The notes: a model not told the origin generated them from the sequence alone. A DNA stretch of 60,633 nt, filler included, from Bipalium vagum (GCA_037834085.1; 3 parts of 3 records of this genome joined end to end with filler, not necessarily neighbours in it), one strand, 5' to 3'; shown: positions 23,324 to 37,820, counted from the whole stretch's first letter. Numbers and translations: made by a program.

Positions 23324-25579
23324 TTGTTTTCTAGTACAATCATATTTAACCCTTAACCGTTCAACAGAAAAACTGATAATAAAAATAAATTAACAAAACA
23401 TGAAAGTTAATACAGTATCCGTTGTTACAACCATAAAGTCATACAGGTGCCCTGAAGTTAAATTATTTACGAGAACAAAGGATCACGTTATGTAAATCAT
23501 TGAAGGTTGCATCAGTAATTTAATTGAATAACTCCATAAATATTATTATTAAGAATGAAAATTAAACTTGGATCTTAAGTTAAGATATTCAAGCATGAAA
23601 GAATGGAATGTGTCCACCCAAGAAGAAAGTACTTGATACCAGAATCACGTAGTTAATTCTTGATTGTCATATCTTTCAAATGAAAAATGAAATATAATAT
23701 CACTAATAAAAATATAAATAATATAATATAATAATTATTATTCCTCAATACATTTCTTTTGATAAAGCCTCTATTTTATTGATCACTCTTGTTGATTCCA
23801 CAATTTCCATATCTGATCTATTGGTATAAGAGATGGCTGAAGGATTTCATCCTTGAATCTTAAGGAAAATTTCGTAAGTTTTGGTATTTTCTTTAATCTG
23901 GACTTGCAAATTAATGCTCAAAGTTCACAGAAGTCATTTGTTCCATCGAATAAATCCATCTGAATTATCGACCTTTGATCAATATTGAAATAGAAAATTT
24001 CACTTACACAATTTCTGCTTACAGATTGTATCGAAAAGAAAATTAGGACGGCAACCGAACAGTCTAAAATATATTATTTAAATATTAATATAAGGTTAGC
24101 ATAACACTGAAACAACGTATGTAAAAAATAATTGATTACTACAGTGTATTTTATATTACAAGAAATCAATATTTTAATTCCTTTGCTATATTTCTGATTG
24201 TCGTAGAAGTGTACCCATTATGTTCTGGACAACCGTATTATCGATCTTTTTGGATGCTCTAAGTCAGTCTATTTGAAACTGTTCTTTCAAAGTTTTCAAA
24301 ATTGCACAAAATTTCTCAATATGTCTAATTTCAGTCAAATTTGGATGACTCATTTATTTTTCTACAGACGACACTTCGTTTTCACTCATTCAATCTACGG
24401 ATTTCCTTTATTAAATTGTGAAGTTTCAAAATTTGAAGTTCAAAAGAAAGATAGTTTTATATTGATGATAAGGTGGAATTCGGCCTTAAGGTAAGTTATT
24501 ATTCGAGAGAATATATTTTGTCAGAAAAAAAAATTTATCCGGAATTTACAAATTTATAATAAACAGAAAGCTCATTTGTTCGATTAATATTAATATTTAA
24601 TAGCTAATCTATTAATTATTAAATTAATTATTTCTTTATTGATTGTGTAATTAATAGATTATCAATATATGTAAAATTTTACGCTCCAATAACAAATTAT
24701 AAATTATTTTTTTAGTATAACGCTAGATATTGTGGTACATGATTTTTAAAATATTAAAATATTAATATTTTTATTAATAATAATTTGAAAGTTTTATTAA
24801 TGTTTAAAATGATTTTATTAAGTTATAATTGTATATTTTATTATGACCCCAGATATTCTAAGAACATGCTATACTGACAACTTGATCTATTTATTTAGTC
24901 CATATCATATAATAAATATATAATAATTTGTTAAATAATATTATATTTATTATTATTATTATCATTATACTATTAATATACTATTAATATATTATTTAAT
25001 AATGTTTTAATTTTATTATAAATTTATTATATTTTTTTCAGTTTATTGCAATAAGAAAATTAAACTAATTTTTCGATCTCAGTCTGGGAACCCTTAAAAA
25101 TCTCAAAAAAAAATTTACTCAAAATACGTAATGGAAGAGTCAATATTTATAATTTTTAAAAATAATATTTGAAAGTTATCCATATGACTCTCTTTATTTG
25201 GGAGTCATAGATAAGATTACCTATGATTTGTCGTATCCGATTTCCAATGTTTCAAGTACCATTCTGATTAGCATCTCTAGGGAAAAAAACAAAATCATTG
25301 ACAATTAATAACCAGTAAATTTTTATAATAGGTAATTTTAAATTATTATAAAATTAAACAATAAATTTATTAAAACCATTTTCATTGAATATGACCGTTG
25401 ACCATTTAATATTTTGCCGATTTTATTATTATTATTTTGTAATATAAGTAATAATAATACGTATAATTAATAATTATAATGAATATTTAAACAACTAAAT
25501 TCATAAAGTTTATTGTTGGATACCGAGACCTAGTTTTCCTAATTAATTACCAGACATTTTTAAAAAATTGTTCAAATTT

Positions 25580-25619
25580 TGGCCGGATAGTAAAAAGTCG
25601 GATAATCGAGGTTTGACTG
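25580..25619. mobile_element. Orphan pogo/Tigger-like TIR
   Basis: ccggatagt...gtcggataatcgaggtttgactg|ta, i.e. a CAGTCAAACCTCGATTATCCG terminus. Confidence 0.55.
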
Positions 25620-25699
25620 TATGCAATTAAGTATCAGTATGTATTGGAATTAGTAAAAATCGATTCAAATTTAGGAATCGAATCAAACTCGAATAACCT

Positions 25700-26700
25700 T
25701 AATCTTGTAACCAAATGATTTTAATCAATTTTTTGAACAATTTCAAAAAACCTCTTTTGACTTCGACATTGTTTTTTAATAAATGATCATAATATTTTTT
25801 CAAATAGACACCAAGAAAAAGTCTGAGCCAAGAGTATTTCCCAACGATATTCTCGAGGTACAGATCTCGAGGGATTTTGTAAATATTGTGTATTGACATG
25901 ATGAAACGAAATTCGACGTTTTCTTTGTCGTTGTTTTACGTCCAGTGTGAAATTTCCGCAAAGCCTCTTCGTAATTGTCCCTGATCTTCGAGAAAATCGA
26001 TTATATGTTCAAAAATACCTTAAAAAAAGTCCCCATAACATTGTTTATAAACATTCAGCTTTAAAATTGATTGGGCCACTTGATTCTATTGCTAACAATT
26101 GTTTAGACTGAATTTTACTTTCCAGGACCTGTTGACAAATTCATGTCTCACCACCAGTAATTAATAACAATAAAAATCATCGGGATCATCAAATATGTTG
26201 ATAAACTGAATCGCGTTGCCTGTTTTGTGCATCCTGTGTTCTTCATCTAACTTTTGGCACCCATTTGGCAGAAAGCTTGAACAATCCAATGGGAATAAGA
26301 AAAACATTAAATGTGATTCGAATAATATGAACAATTATATACCTTTACGATCTTTTAATACGGAATTACCAGATCAATGTTAATTTCTTCAAAGAATTTG
26401 CTATAACCTGAACTATTCACATATTTTCTTAAATCATTAATTCGACACCAGGCACAAGTTCCTCAATCATTGCTGTTGATGGTCGCCCAGTTCAATGTTC
26501 ATCTGTTATTTTCTCTAGGCCTTTCTTAAATCTTCTTATCACTGTTGATTACTTTGAACCGTTGTTTAACTGATAAAATTTTACAAAGATTCGATGTTAA
26601 CCAATCTCTGCCTTCCGAGTTTGGTTAAGAATTTCATCATCAAATACTGTTAAAATTTTGCAGTTTTCTAAAATGGTTGGCTTAACCAAATATACATTTT
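25700..26700 (-). mobile_element. Mariner relic
   Basis: Minus strand reads KLSAKWVPK (about 26251-26280) and DEH*TGRPS (about 26478-26503), with many stops. Confidence 0.7.
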
Positions 26701-26706
26701 TAGATA

Positions 26707-27881
26707 TCAGGGTGAGTAATAAGAAATTCCAGTTTTGCAATATATATTAATAAAACATGAAACAAAGCACACAATATCTTAATTCATAAAATAATCAACA
26801 TTCATATAAATGATGTTTTGCCTTCTTACGGTCAAAGAAAGAATCCCTTTGTGGTAAAATTTAGATTCTTGTGAGTCAAAATAAGTCTTGACCCAAATTT
26901 CAATGTCCTCTGTATTTTTAATTTTTTTCCACCCAAATAGTCCTGTATGGACCTAAAGAAGTGGTAGTCCGTTTCCTAATTTCAGCTTTGGCAATTTTGC
27001 TACATGTGGTCGAGCATTATCGTGTAACAATTTTGTCTATACGGTATTTATTCTTGTCGACGAAGGGACTGATCTACAGGTTAATTGTTGGCAATAGCGT
27101 TCTGTAGTTATTGTTTCTACTCGATTGAGCAACCCTTAAAACCCTAGACCGTGTGTATTGCACCAGACACAAAGAAGTGCCTTATTGACTTGATTTTGAA
27201 CTTTTGGGGTTAGTATCGCCTAATCACTTTTGCCCAATCATTGCAAATTTTTATGTGAATTGTCAAATTGAAACCACTTTTTTATCTGATCTTAAAATTA
27301 AATCGAAGAATCCCCTATTTTAGACCACATGGGCAATGAAGAACAGAGAAGAATACGACTGATTTTGTTGCTCTTTGACAAATCATGGGAAATCCATTTT
27401 CCTTGCCTACATGTTTAACCAGGAGATACAGCCTGTTACAAATAGTCTTCGGAGTACAATCGAATTTATAGGCAAGTTATCAAGTGAATTGTTCTTTTCA
27501 ACAAGTCCAAGATCATATTCAAAGGTCGATGTCCATGTTCTAAATCCTCCAGACTCTCATCTCCATCTCTAAATTTCATAAACCAATTTTAACATTGACG
27601 TTCCGTTATAACGTTGTTACCAAAAGTTTTCTGCAAGATTCAGTCGCCGTTTCACTCAATTTGAATAGAAATAAAAGAGTGGCACGAAAAACATATTTTT
27701 AATCAATCATAATAAATTCAAATCTTTCTGCAATATTTAAATATTATTTTTAAAAATTGTATTAAATATATATCTTACTTGAATATCGAAATACAATTTT
27801 CAATTACTAATTGATTTAAAATTGTAAAAATTCAATTATCACTTTATAAAGTAGACCGAAATTTCTTATTACTCACCCTAA
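26707..27881 (-). mobile_element. Mariner (DD34D), defective, with both TIRs
   Basis: TA|TCAGGGTGAGTAATAAGAAATT ... AATTTCTTATTACTCACCCTAA|TA. Minus strand has LHDNARPH and DYHFF. Confidence 0.9.
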
Positions 27882-28789
27882 TATATTATACAATTATCAA
27901 TTGATGTTCATAAATTATGTATTATGTAAGTCAGAAATGTAGTAATACACACACTAATTTTCTTAATTTCTATTTGTTCATTTGTTGTTCATCATTCTGA
28001 TAAAGTTGAAATCAACATCCCATAATATATGTATAAATAATGATAATATATATTTAATATTTGTAATACTAATAATATATTATCATAAATTGATGAATAT
28101 ATAACTTTTCATCAATATAAAACTCTGAAAATATAAAGCATTTTTCATATCTTCTTCAATACCAATGTTAAATATAAATAAATATTCCCCGTTTTAATCC
28201 TTTTTCATTGCGTTTTGTTTTTTCTAAATGTTGCAAATGATTTTCAGATTATATTTTATTTCTCCGAAATATAAATCTTAATTTATGTTCCTCTCAGATT
28301 ACCTTATTAATTGATTTCCAATAGAGCAGTAACATGTGGTAAGATTGATTAATTAATTAAGCTGTATTATATTATTTTCATAACAAAAAAAACAAAGAAA
28401 TTAATCTTCGTTCAGTAGTGAAATTTGATAAATGACATTTTCTCAATATCACAACGATGAAGGAAAATGGTCTTTTGTGCACAAATTTTTATTTTGAATA
28501 AATATTTTTAAATAAAAATCGTACTTTATTATACTTACTGAAACAAATCACTGAATTGGTTTATGTTTAAATCGATTAATATCATATTGGGAAAATCAGT
28601 AGCTTTATTAAGTTTTGTATGGATAATAAAAGTTTGCCTAGGAAAAACAAAGCTAACAAAATAATCAATAATTAGTAATAAGTAAATGAAAAATAATTAA
28701 AAATTAAAAATAATAATTTAAAAAATGAATTTAATTTAATAATTATTATTTATTAATTATTTTTAGTAGACTCTAAGTACTTTTAAGCC

Positions 28790-29480
28790 TTATCAAGTAA
28801 CATTTTCATTACGGGCTCTTTTGAATTTCCAAAATGACAGAATTTACCGAGATGTAAGTGTGAAAATTTATGTATTCAGTAAAGATGTACTGGTTGAATA
28901 TGACCATTTTCAACCATCTCTATTTTGTTATGATGCAGTGTCCTTCTATAGGAAAACAGAGCTGAAATTTACTAAAAGCTTCGTTTCAGATAGAGACCAC
29001 ATTTCTGTGAGAAGAAGAAAAAAGAAAACTGTAAATAAAAATGTTTTTCGAGGAAATATGTTCTCAAATGTTTAAATGTATAGGGAATATGATGGAAGGA
29101 TGAGTCATGAACATCTCTATCGCAAACTACCATGGCTGCGGTTGTCTTCCTGTGAAGTGCTACTCCATATTTTATCAAACCTGAACATTTGGAATCAAAG
29201 TCCAGATCTGATTGTGATGGATTATTGTATTTTTAGTTTGTTACTGACAGAGACACAGAAAAATTTTCCTGATATAAATATAATTAATGATCTGAAACTC
29301 ATTTCGTTAGATTCTTGGAATATCCTTACACCATTCACACTTCGAAATGCAACAGATGCTTGGGTTCTATGATCAAGAAAATTTGAAGACAAAAGGAACC
29401 CATTTCGAACCTATTATATTTGTTGTAAATATTAAAAATAAATAGAAATTCTAAATTTCCCGGTTTTCTGATGACAACAC
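28790..29480 (+). mobile_element. maT/DD37D-like relic
   Basis: NFQNDRIY and WNQSPDLIVMDYCIFSLL motifs. Confidence 0.7.
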
Positions 29481-30239
29481 TCAGCCACTATTAAAACAAA
29501 ATTATTTTATAAAAATTGATAATTTTTTTGCTAATTATCTTTTTAAAAAAATTAGTAGAATAATTCTAATCAAATAAAACCGAACAAACGTTTTGTTATA
29601 CCGAATAAATCTCAACTCATAACAACCTTTATTTCATTAGTTTAGTTTTTATCAGAATTTTATTCATTCTTTTTTACAAAAACATTTTACTTTTTTTTAC
29701 TTTTACTAATTTTGTCTAATATTACAAAGGGGAAGTGTGAAGAGACGGCCTAGAAAGAAGACTTTGGGAGAAAATGGAAATAAAATTGTAATTAAATTCA
29801 TAAATGTGAAAAATTTGATAAAATAAAGCATTTATTTTATTGGGAGACATTGGGATTAAAATTATCTAATTACACATTAAAGTCTTCAACGTAGGTCAAA
29901 GAGATCTTTCAATTAAAATGATTCCATTTCGAGTTTTATATTGAACATTTTCAAATTTTTATCTCTTTTTCTTTAATAAACTATAACAACTGTGGGGAGG
30001 CTAAAACATAATATATATTACCTCTACAAATTGAAAAGGTGCCTATTTAGTAAATGGCTCCAAAGTCACTATTAAATCGCTTTTTTTTGCTAAATAGATA
30101 AATATTAAATTAAAGGTAATAATTTTATCATATAAAAACTGTTGTTTTAATAATCCATATCAAGAGGGATAAATCAGATGGCATATCAAAAAATACATAT
30201 AATTTATTGTTTATTGTTTGGTTTCCAATAGAAGAAAAT

Positions 30240-30877
30240 TGCTTATGATGCCACGAATATAATTATTTTCGCTCTGAATGAAGGAATAGTCAGCTATAAA
30301 AACTCAAAAAAGGTTTATACGTTTTATAAGCGAAAATCTAGGGCTTAGCGATGCAGAACGCTCAGGTCTATCAAAATTCATTGTGGATGAAGACCTTGAG
30401 AATTTTCTAGATGAAGATCCGTTATGATTTTATGGGAGCCTCCTTAATCTTCTCACAAGGCCTTAGATATAATTCTGCTGTTTACATTTAGATTCTAAAA
30501 ACAATTGCGAAATACTGTCTCAGTATGAAATAGAAGACTTTACGTTTTCCAACAATATTCTGCTCCATCAAATAAGACTTTATTAACTCAGGCGTGGATG
30601 GCTAAAATTTTTACACGAGACTTTGAATTCGCTGAAATCCGTCATACTCAGATTAATGTCCAATATGAGCCAAGACCACGTTGTTAATGCATGCAGGCAA
30701 TTTCAACCTCGTGTGGAAGCAATTATGCAAGCTGGTGGTGATTTTTTAAAATAAAATTATAAAAACTTAATTACTTTTTTATCGTGTACGATTTTTCATC
30801 AAAAAAGTTATTATTTCTTATTATATTTCTGTTATCCCTAGGCATCAATATGTTTCCAAAAAACTTACACACTCTGT
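30240..30877 (+). mobile_element. Composite ITm relic (mariner-like N-terminus plus maT-like 3' end)
   Basis: SDAERSG...LENFLDEDP, then TQAWM and VVNACRQFQPRVEAIMQAGGDF, ending in cacactctg|ta. Confidence 0.6.
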
Positions 30878-31070
30878 ATATCTAATTCAACATTGAATAT
30901 TAATATCTTAACTTCTTTAGATACATAATTTGGAACACCTGTTACTTTATTATTTGACCAATGTGTTAATATTTTCATACTTACCGTTAATTCGCTCACC
31001 ATTTAAACTTCATTTTTTATCTAAGTGATTTTTATTAGTAAAGAAAAGTTTGAATAATTGAAAAAAAATA

Positions 31071-31463
31071 CATTGCAACTTCTATTTTGGACGACAAAAT
31101 TTCAAAAGTGGTCCAATAATAGAAGTTAACACGTAAAAAGGCTATAAAACATGTTTTATATGAACTTATATGGATGCAATAACAGTTATTTAAAAAAACA
31201 ACAATGAGTTCAATAAATAATAATATATTTCAACGTTTTTGAATTAAATAATCCGTAATTTTAGTTTTTTCCTGATTTTGAAAATATTATATCCCAAAAT
31301 GTTATTAAAACAAATTATTGAAATTTTTGGACCAATAATTTTATTTTTTTTATGAAAATATCGAGAAATATGATAAGTACAAATTATTGGTCCAAATATG
31401 GAGTTTGGTCCGATTATAGAAGTGGTCCATTTCAGAAATTTGTCCAAAATAGAAGTTGTACTG
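31071..31463. mobile_element. pogo/Tigger-like MITE (393 bp)
   Basis: TA|CATTGCAACTTCTATTTTGGAC ... GTCCAAAATAGAAGTTGTACTG|TA, with repeated subterminal ggtcc....atagaagt motifs. Confidence 0.85.
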
Positions 31464-34400
31464 TATTTAAAAATAATGAATAATTTAATTAACGGTGGAA
31501 AGATTTCCGTTGAAGATTGGTCGAAGCAAATGGAAACGTGATTCGAGAAAGAAAATGACAGGAAAATTTTATTTAAATTAAATGTGTTTAGATATATTAT
31601 TAAAACAAATGTTTTATATCCATCATAAATTTGTAAAATAATAAATCTCTGGTATCTCTTTCTCAAATTTATTTTTTATATTTTTTTATATTTGATTATT
31701 TTTGTAAAAATATTTTACTAAGAGCCGCGAAAATTTAAAATTATTCCAAATTAATTTATTAAAACCATATAAAAAAAATTCAATATAAAATTTTAATAAT
31801 AATGTTTAATTAAGGAAAATTTAATTATTTATTATTTATTTATATTAATTAAATATGAAAATATTTCACAAAATATTTAAAAGAAATTTTTCACTTAATT
31901 TTGTAAGTACCATTTTTTTTCCGAAAAAAAGTGAACGCTCATACCTCAACAGTACATTTTACACATGGTAATTACTTTCCATTAGGTGAACTCCGTAAAA
32001 AATATCTTTGTTGATCCAGATCAGAAAATATTTTCCCACATATATAACGAGGAAAATTGCAAAAAAGTTCCCCCTATATATTACAGTGGGAACCACAACG
32101 GATAATGATAATAAGCCCCAGACAATTTACCATTAAAACAATCACACCATATTCTCTCTATATCACAATGAATCAAAAGGAGGAACAGAAAAACCTGATA
32201 AAAAAACTTTTAAAATAAATTAATAAATATTTTCATAATTTTTCCTTGATAATCATAACGGGTAAAGATTTCCCAGGCTGTTTTACGATTGTTTCCCCAC
32301 ATATGTCCAGCAATGCTGATTGAAATTTTCCCCAGTAACATTTTAATAAAAAATTATTTATTATTTTTTCTGTGGAAATTTTATTTATTTTTTTGTCAAA
32401 GATTTCAAGATGTAAAACAGGTGAGAAACGGTATTTACGTACGGTACTCATTCTCAATATTAATTCCTCGTATCCAGTCAGGCGCTCGCAATGCACAGAG
32501 GAAAAAACTGGGGAATATTTTGTTTTAATTAAGACGTATGAAGAACAAAAATGAGGAATATTTTGTTTTAATTAGAACGTATGAATCAATCAAGATTTCC
32601 CGAATAATTCCTAATTTCAATTAATTGCAATTGAATTACAATTAAACAATATTTTTATTTAATGTCCATATCTCCTTCTGACAAAAGCAATTAAATAAAT
32701 AATGACGTATCGATCGTTTCCCTTTACTGTAAAAGTACAAATATATATAAATAAATAAATAAAACGATATAATTGGGAATTAGTTTTCTCTATCACGTAT
32801 TTTTTGTTGTTGTTGAAAAAAATTAATCTTTAAATTTTTTTCCACAAGCGAAATCGCTGAATTAAAAATATGACCAAAACAGTTATTAATTAAAACAAAA
32901 ACAATTAACAACTTATTATTTATTTTATCAACACTAAACCACCCAAAATCCACCTGGTACAGAAAATCATTGATTTTGTTGGGGGAAAAAGCTGAAATTA
33001 TTGATTTAACATGTCGATTATATTTTCCTAATCTCTTTGGAATTAATTTAGCTTTTCTACAGTCACTGAGTTTTGCCCTATTTTCTTGTCAATAGTGGAG
33101 CAAATATACTCATTAACCAAAATGGAATGGAATGGTTTACAATGTGACAAAATGGAACTTGTTAAAACAATTACCACCACTCAAAAGGCTCTGGTTTTCT
33201 CCAATACACCAAACACTGGAAACCCACTGCAAAAATGAAGTGCCCAATTAATTTTAACTTTTTTTTTCAAGACTTGGAATTTTACGAAGAATTTCACTGA
33301 AAATTATCACTTTTCTCCACGAAGAAAATGACAAAAAATGATTTTCCCAATATTTTATTATAATGAAAAAAATAATAATATAAATAATATTATTATTAAA
33401 TTAAATTAAATTTTTAAAAACTTTTTTAAAAAAAATAATAAAAATATTATTATTATTATAATTAAGATTTCTTTACTATTAAAAAGAAGACAAAAATTAA
33501 TAATAATAATAAAACTGAAATAAATATGTATTAAAAAATAAAATAATAATTAAAATTAATTTGAAAATGTTTACAGAATTTATTTATAATATTAGANNNN
33601 NNNNNNNNNNNNNNNNNNNNNNNNNNNNNNNNNNNNNNNNNNNNNNNNNNNNNNNNNNNNNNNNNNNNNNNNNNNNNNNNNNNNNNNNNNNNNNNNNNNN
33701 NNNNNNNNNNNNNNNNNNNNNNNNNNNNNNNNNNNNNNNNNNNNNTCTCTCAGTTATACTACAATGGTTTATATTCATTTAATTAAAAATTAATTAATAA
33801 TCATAATTAGGAATAGAAATATTTTTATCAATTTGCAAGAGTGAACCCAACTTCGAAAAGAAATTATTTCCCATTTTTTTGCTTAAGTTTTTGATTAAAA
33901 TTTAATTAACCCTGTAAATAATTATCAGTTAAATCTCAATGATCAATTTGAAAATAAAAATATTTTTTTATTTTTTTTTTATCTATTTTTTCTAATTTAA
34001 AAAACTAATTTAAATTTTTCATGGAAAAAGGTGTTTGAAAAAAAAAGATTGGGTTTTTTCGCTTATCATTTATTGGAGTCATAAATTAATATTTTTTTCC
34101 ATTATTTTCCAACTATTTTTCCTAGGAAAAGTGATAGGCAATTTTATTTTTCTCTGGAGAATATCGAAAATGTCACAACAAAGAAAGATTATTTATTGTT
34201 TCCTGGTAAATAAAAATTAAAATATATAAATAATTCTCGATAAATTTCCATTGTATTGATTTAAACAAACAAAATACGCTTGATTTTTATAACAAATTGC
34301 AAAAAAAGATTTTCGCTAATGGAAATTAATTATTTTTCTTATTTTTGACAAGATTTAATTAAAACACTTTTTAAGGATTAATAATATTGAACAATTTATG

Positions 34401-35329
34401 CTTGAATTGTTTTATGTACTAAAATGAAAAATATATACCACTGCTGTTTACACAGAGACCAAAGTAATATTAATTATATTTTTAATATTTTCAATCTATG
34501 GTGAAGTTGAGTCAATTGTGTTATTATTCGGTTATTGGAATCTATTTTCACTTAACTGTCTCATTTCCTGACGAGCAAAAAATATTACCCACTCTTCATA
34601 CCTGCTAATATGTATACGATCGATGCAGGATGTCGAGACCTATCCAACAAATGGCTGGTGGCTCCGGTCCGAAGTTCACCAATAACAAGGGGATTTTCTA
34701 TCACTTAGACTTGGAAAATCAACTTGCGACAACTTCACACTTAATGGTCTGATCCAACGACCAGAGGTACCAAAGGTTGTAGAGTCGCTCGAGCTATCAG
34801 GTGATACTTAAGAGGTCCTGTAAATTCGAAGAGGCGTAGCTCCATGAAACGCCAAAGTTTCGGGATTTTGAGAAAATAAACTTATAAATTCCAGAGTGAA
34901 ATCATATTTCAGCCGATTATTGGTATTGGAAAAGATTTTTTGAAAAATTATTATTTATATAAAGAAATTTTTGGAAAGATTTCGAAAAATTTCCATGTAG
35001 TTTACTATAACTATATTAATAGTTTATATTAACTTTCAAATCTACCAAAAGATGAGAAGAGGTTCTAATTATCAATGAAATAACAATATTGATTGATTTT
35101 TCATCATTATTTGTAAATAAAATTTTTATTGAATATAATTTTATGAAATGACAGATCTTAGTTTTAATATTTCTATTGGTGAAGATCGGTACAATGATTA
35201 GATGCGGATGAAAAACCGAAAATATATGCCTAGGTAATGCCTTCAAAGAAAGACTTTTATGATCACCGTTTAACGGTCTGCAGCTCGTTTAATTCATTAT
35301 AATTATAACTTTTAAATACATCGTAAATA

Positions 35330-36525
35330 TAGGTTGGAAAAACAGTGCTTGCCGTTTTACACTTTACTAACAGCAAACATTTACTATATATATATACATA
35401 ATATCAGCGTCGTTGAAAATCAGTAATATGGAATTAAAAATCAATATTACAAAATCGCAAATTTGCTTTATGACTACAAATCTGGACTTACAGCAGCTGA
35501 ATCGTAACATTGCCTATGCCATGCATTTGGCCATGATTGCGTGTCCCAGCGCAATACCAGGCTTCATTTCCAACGATTCCGTATTTGTGATATTGACACC
35601 GATGATAAACCTCGTTCCAGTCGTCCTTCTGCGGTGGATAATGACCGCCTGCTGCAGCTGTTAAATGGATTGCAGATATAATGGATATCTCTCACACCAG
35701 CATTATTAACCACTTGGAAGCTCTTGGCAAGGTGAGTCGATTTGATCGATGGGTACCCCACACTCTTAATGTCTCGGACCGTCAACGCCGAGTTGATGCA
35801 ACTGTCTCTCTACTTTCATGCAGTCGCAGAACCCAATGGTTGGATAACATAGTCACTGGTGACGAGAAATGGTGTCTCTACGCCAACATCAAGCAAAGGC
35901 GCTCTTGCTAAGAGTTCTAGCAGGACACAACCAAAGGCCGACCTGCATCCTTGCAAGTTTATGCTTTCTGTTTGGTGGGATAGCTCCGGAAATATCTACT
36001 GGGAACTGCTGCCTCGCAATTTTACTATCAATGCTCAAGTGTACTGTGAACAATTAGATTGTTTGGCTAAAAATAACTCCGAACTTCACCAAAATCTAAT
36101 TCACGTTCGATTTCTGCATGATAACGCTCGTCCTCACACTGCGACAGTGACCAGAGAAAAACTGATGAATCTTGGTCGGGAAGTTCTCATCCATCCTTCG
36201 TATAGTCCGGATTTGGCACTGATGAACTACTACTTGTTTCTCACTTTGGTTAGAAGCATTAGTGGAATGTCGTTCGAAGGAGACAAGAACCTGAAAACGT
36301 GGCTAATTGAATTCTTCGCCTCTAAACCAAAGCAATACTACTGGAATGGAATTCACTCTTTGCCTAAGAGATGGCGTTATATTGTTGAAATGAATGGTGA
36401 TTATTACCCTGAATGATTGTACATTTATGAATTTAAATTATTTTTAAATAAACTCGTTTTATAAAGTGTTTTTAATGTGATTTAATATTTAAATATAAAA
36501 CGGCCAGAACTTTCTTTCCAACCTA
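35330..36525 (+). mobile_element. Near full-length mariner (DD34D)
   Basis: TIRs TAGGTTGGAAAAACAGTGCTTGCCGTTTTA / TAAAACGGCCAGAACTTTCTTTCCAACCTA flanked by TA. Confidence 0.95.
35427..36416 (+). pseudogene. Frameshifted mariner transposase
   Basis: WVPHTL, IVTGDEKW, MLSVWWD, HDNARPH and YSPDLALMNYY are spread over several frames. The third catalytic D reads N. Confidence 0.92.
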
Positions 36526-36529
36526 TATA

Positions 36530-37075
36530 TCACATCTAAATCATACTGCAATGAAATTGAAGTACTACACTAAAAGAGGCTTGAAAATCTAATTTTTAAT
36601 AGAAAGGGACATTTTGACCAATGATAATATAAGACCACAACAGCACAAAACTTACATGATTTGAACTACGATGTTTTACCTCATTTCGCTTTTTCACCAG
36701 ATCTCTCACCATCAGATTATCAAATGTTCAAATATACATATTTAAGGGTGTTAAATAAGTCATTTTGGATTTTATATATGTAATATCAACAAAAATTTAT
36801 TTGATTGAGTTCAATTGTGAAGAGTTATGTAATGTACAATTACATTAAAAATCGGAAAGAACTTATTTAACACCTTGAATATATGGATACATTTCTGACC
36901 AATAAGATATTTCAGAATCAAGGTAACTTTTAAAATGTCATTCTTCAGGTTTTTGAGTCCAAAAACCGGATTTCTATGAAAAAGGAATTAATCGTTGAAA
37001 ACAATGGAAAATATTTTTATGAATACAATCTATTTCTTAGATCCCTTTGGTTTAGTTTAGTTACATTTTAAGTAC
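36530..37075 (+). mobile_element. Mariner 3' relic interrupted by a MITE
   Basis: FSPDLSPSDYQMFKY | insertion | MDTFLTNKIFQNQG. Confidence 0.75.
36741..36879. mobile_element. Mariner-type MITE (about 139 bp) nested in a mariner relic
   Basis: TA|TTTAAGGGTGTTAAATAAGT ... ACTTATTTAACACCTTGAA|TA. Confidence 0.8.
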
Positions 37076-37741
37076 CACCATTCCATGTGAGACAATCTGA
37101 TACTATTCAAAATCACGAAAACTATGTTATTATTACGAGCCTAATACAATTCTGATCTCAAACTGATCGACCATTTTCCTTTGGTAATGTTTGAGTGGCA
37201 TTTTTTCTCCATTTTAACACAAACCCAATTTAAACAATATACAATATTCAATCAATATTTAACAATCAAAATACAATTTTTATGAAAGTATTTTTCAATA
37301 ATATTCTCAATCACTTTTGTTTAAATGACTTGTCAAAGAATGTCGATATTTTGAAATTTAAATAAAATTATCATTTTTTGTCAATATCGAAAATAATGTG
37401 AAAATATTAATTATTTTATTCCGAACATGTTTTATATAAAATAATTTTTTCACTTAAATTTAAAAATCGAAAAATTCTTTTGATTTTTGAAATTTAAAAA
37501 ATTAGTTTCTTTATATTAAGATTAATATGATTGCTATGATGAAAATGATGGATAATTTTATTATGGAGATAAAGTAATTGGATAAAAGAAGCAGATAAAA
37601 GAAAATTCCTTTGCAAAAGATTAAATGAATAAATCTAATTTCATTTTTGAAAAATGATATTTTTATAAATTAAGAATTTATAAAATTTTAAAATAACCAT
37701 ATAGGGGGGCTTTCATTCTTATGGTTGTTTCATTCTTGTAC

Positions 37742-37742
<1 letters not shown>

Positions 37743-37820
<78 letters not shown>
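37743..37820. repeat. (ATT)n microsatellite
   Basis: 26 perfect att units. Confidence 0.95.

Noticed and set aside
31244-31666. 140-aa minus ORF
   Set aside because: It is an I/F/K-rich chance ORF overlapping a MITE.
34808-35292. Kolobok-like TTAA-flanked element
   Set aside because: The putative TIRs match poorly and TTAA is very frequent here.
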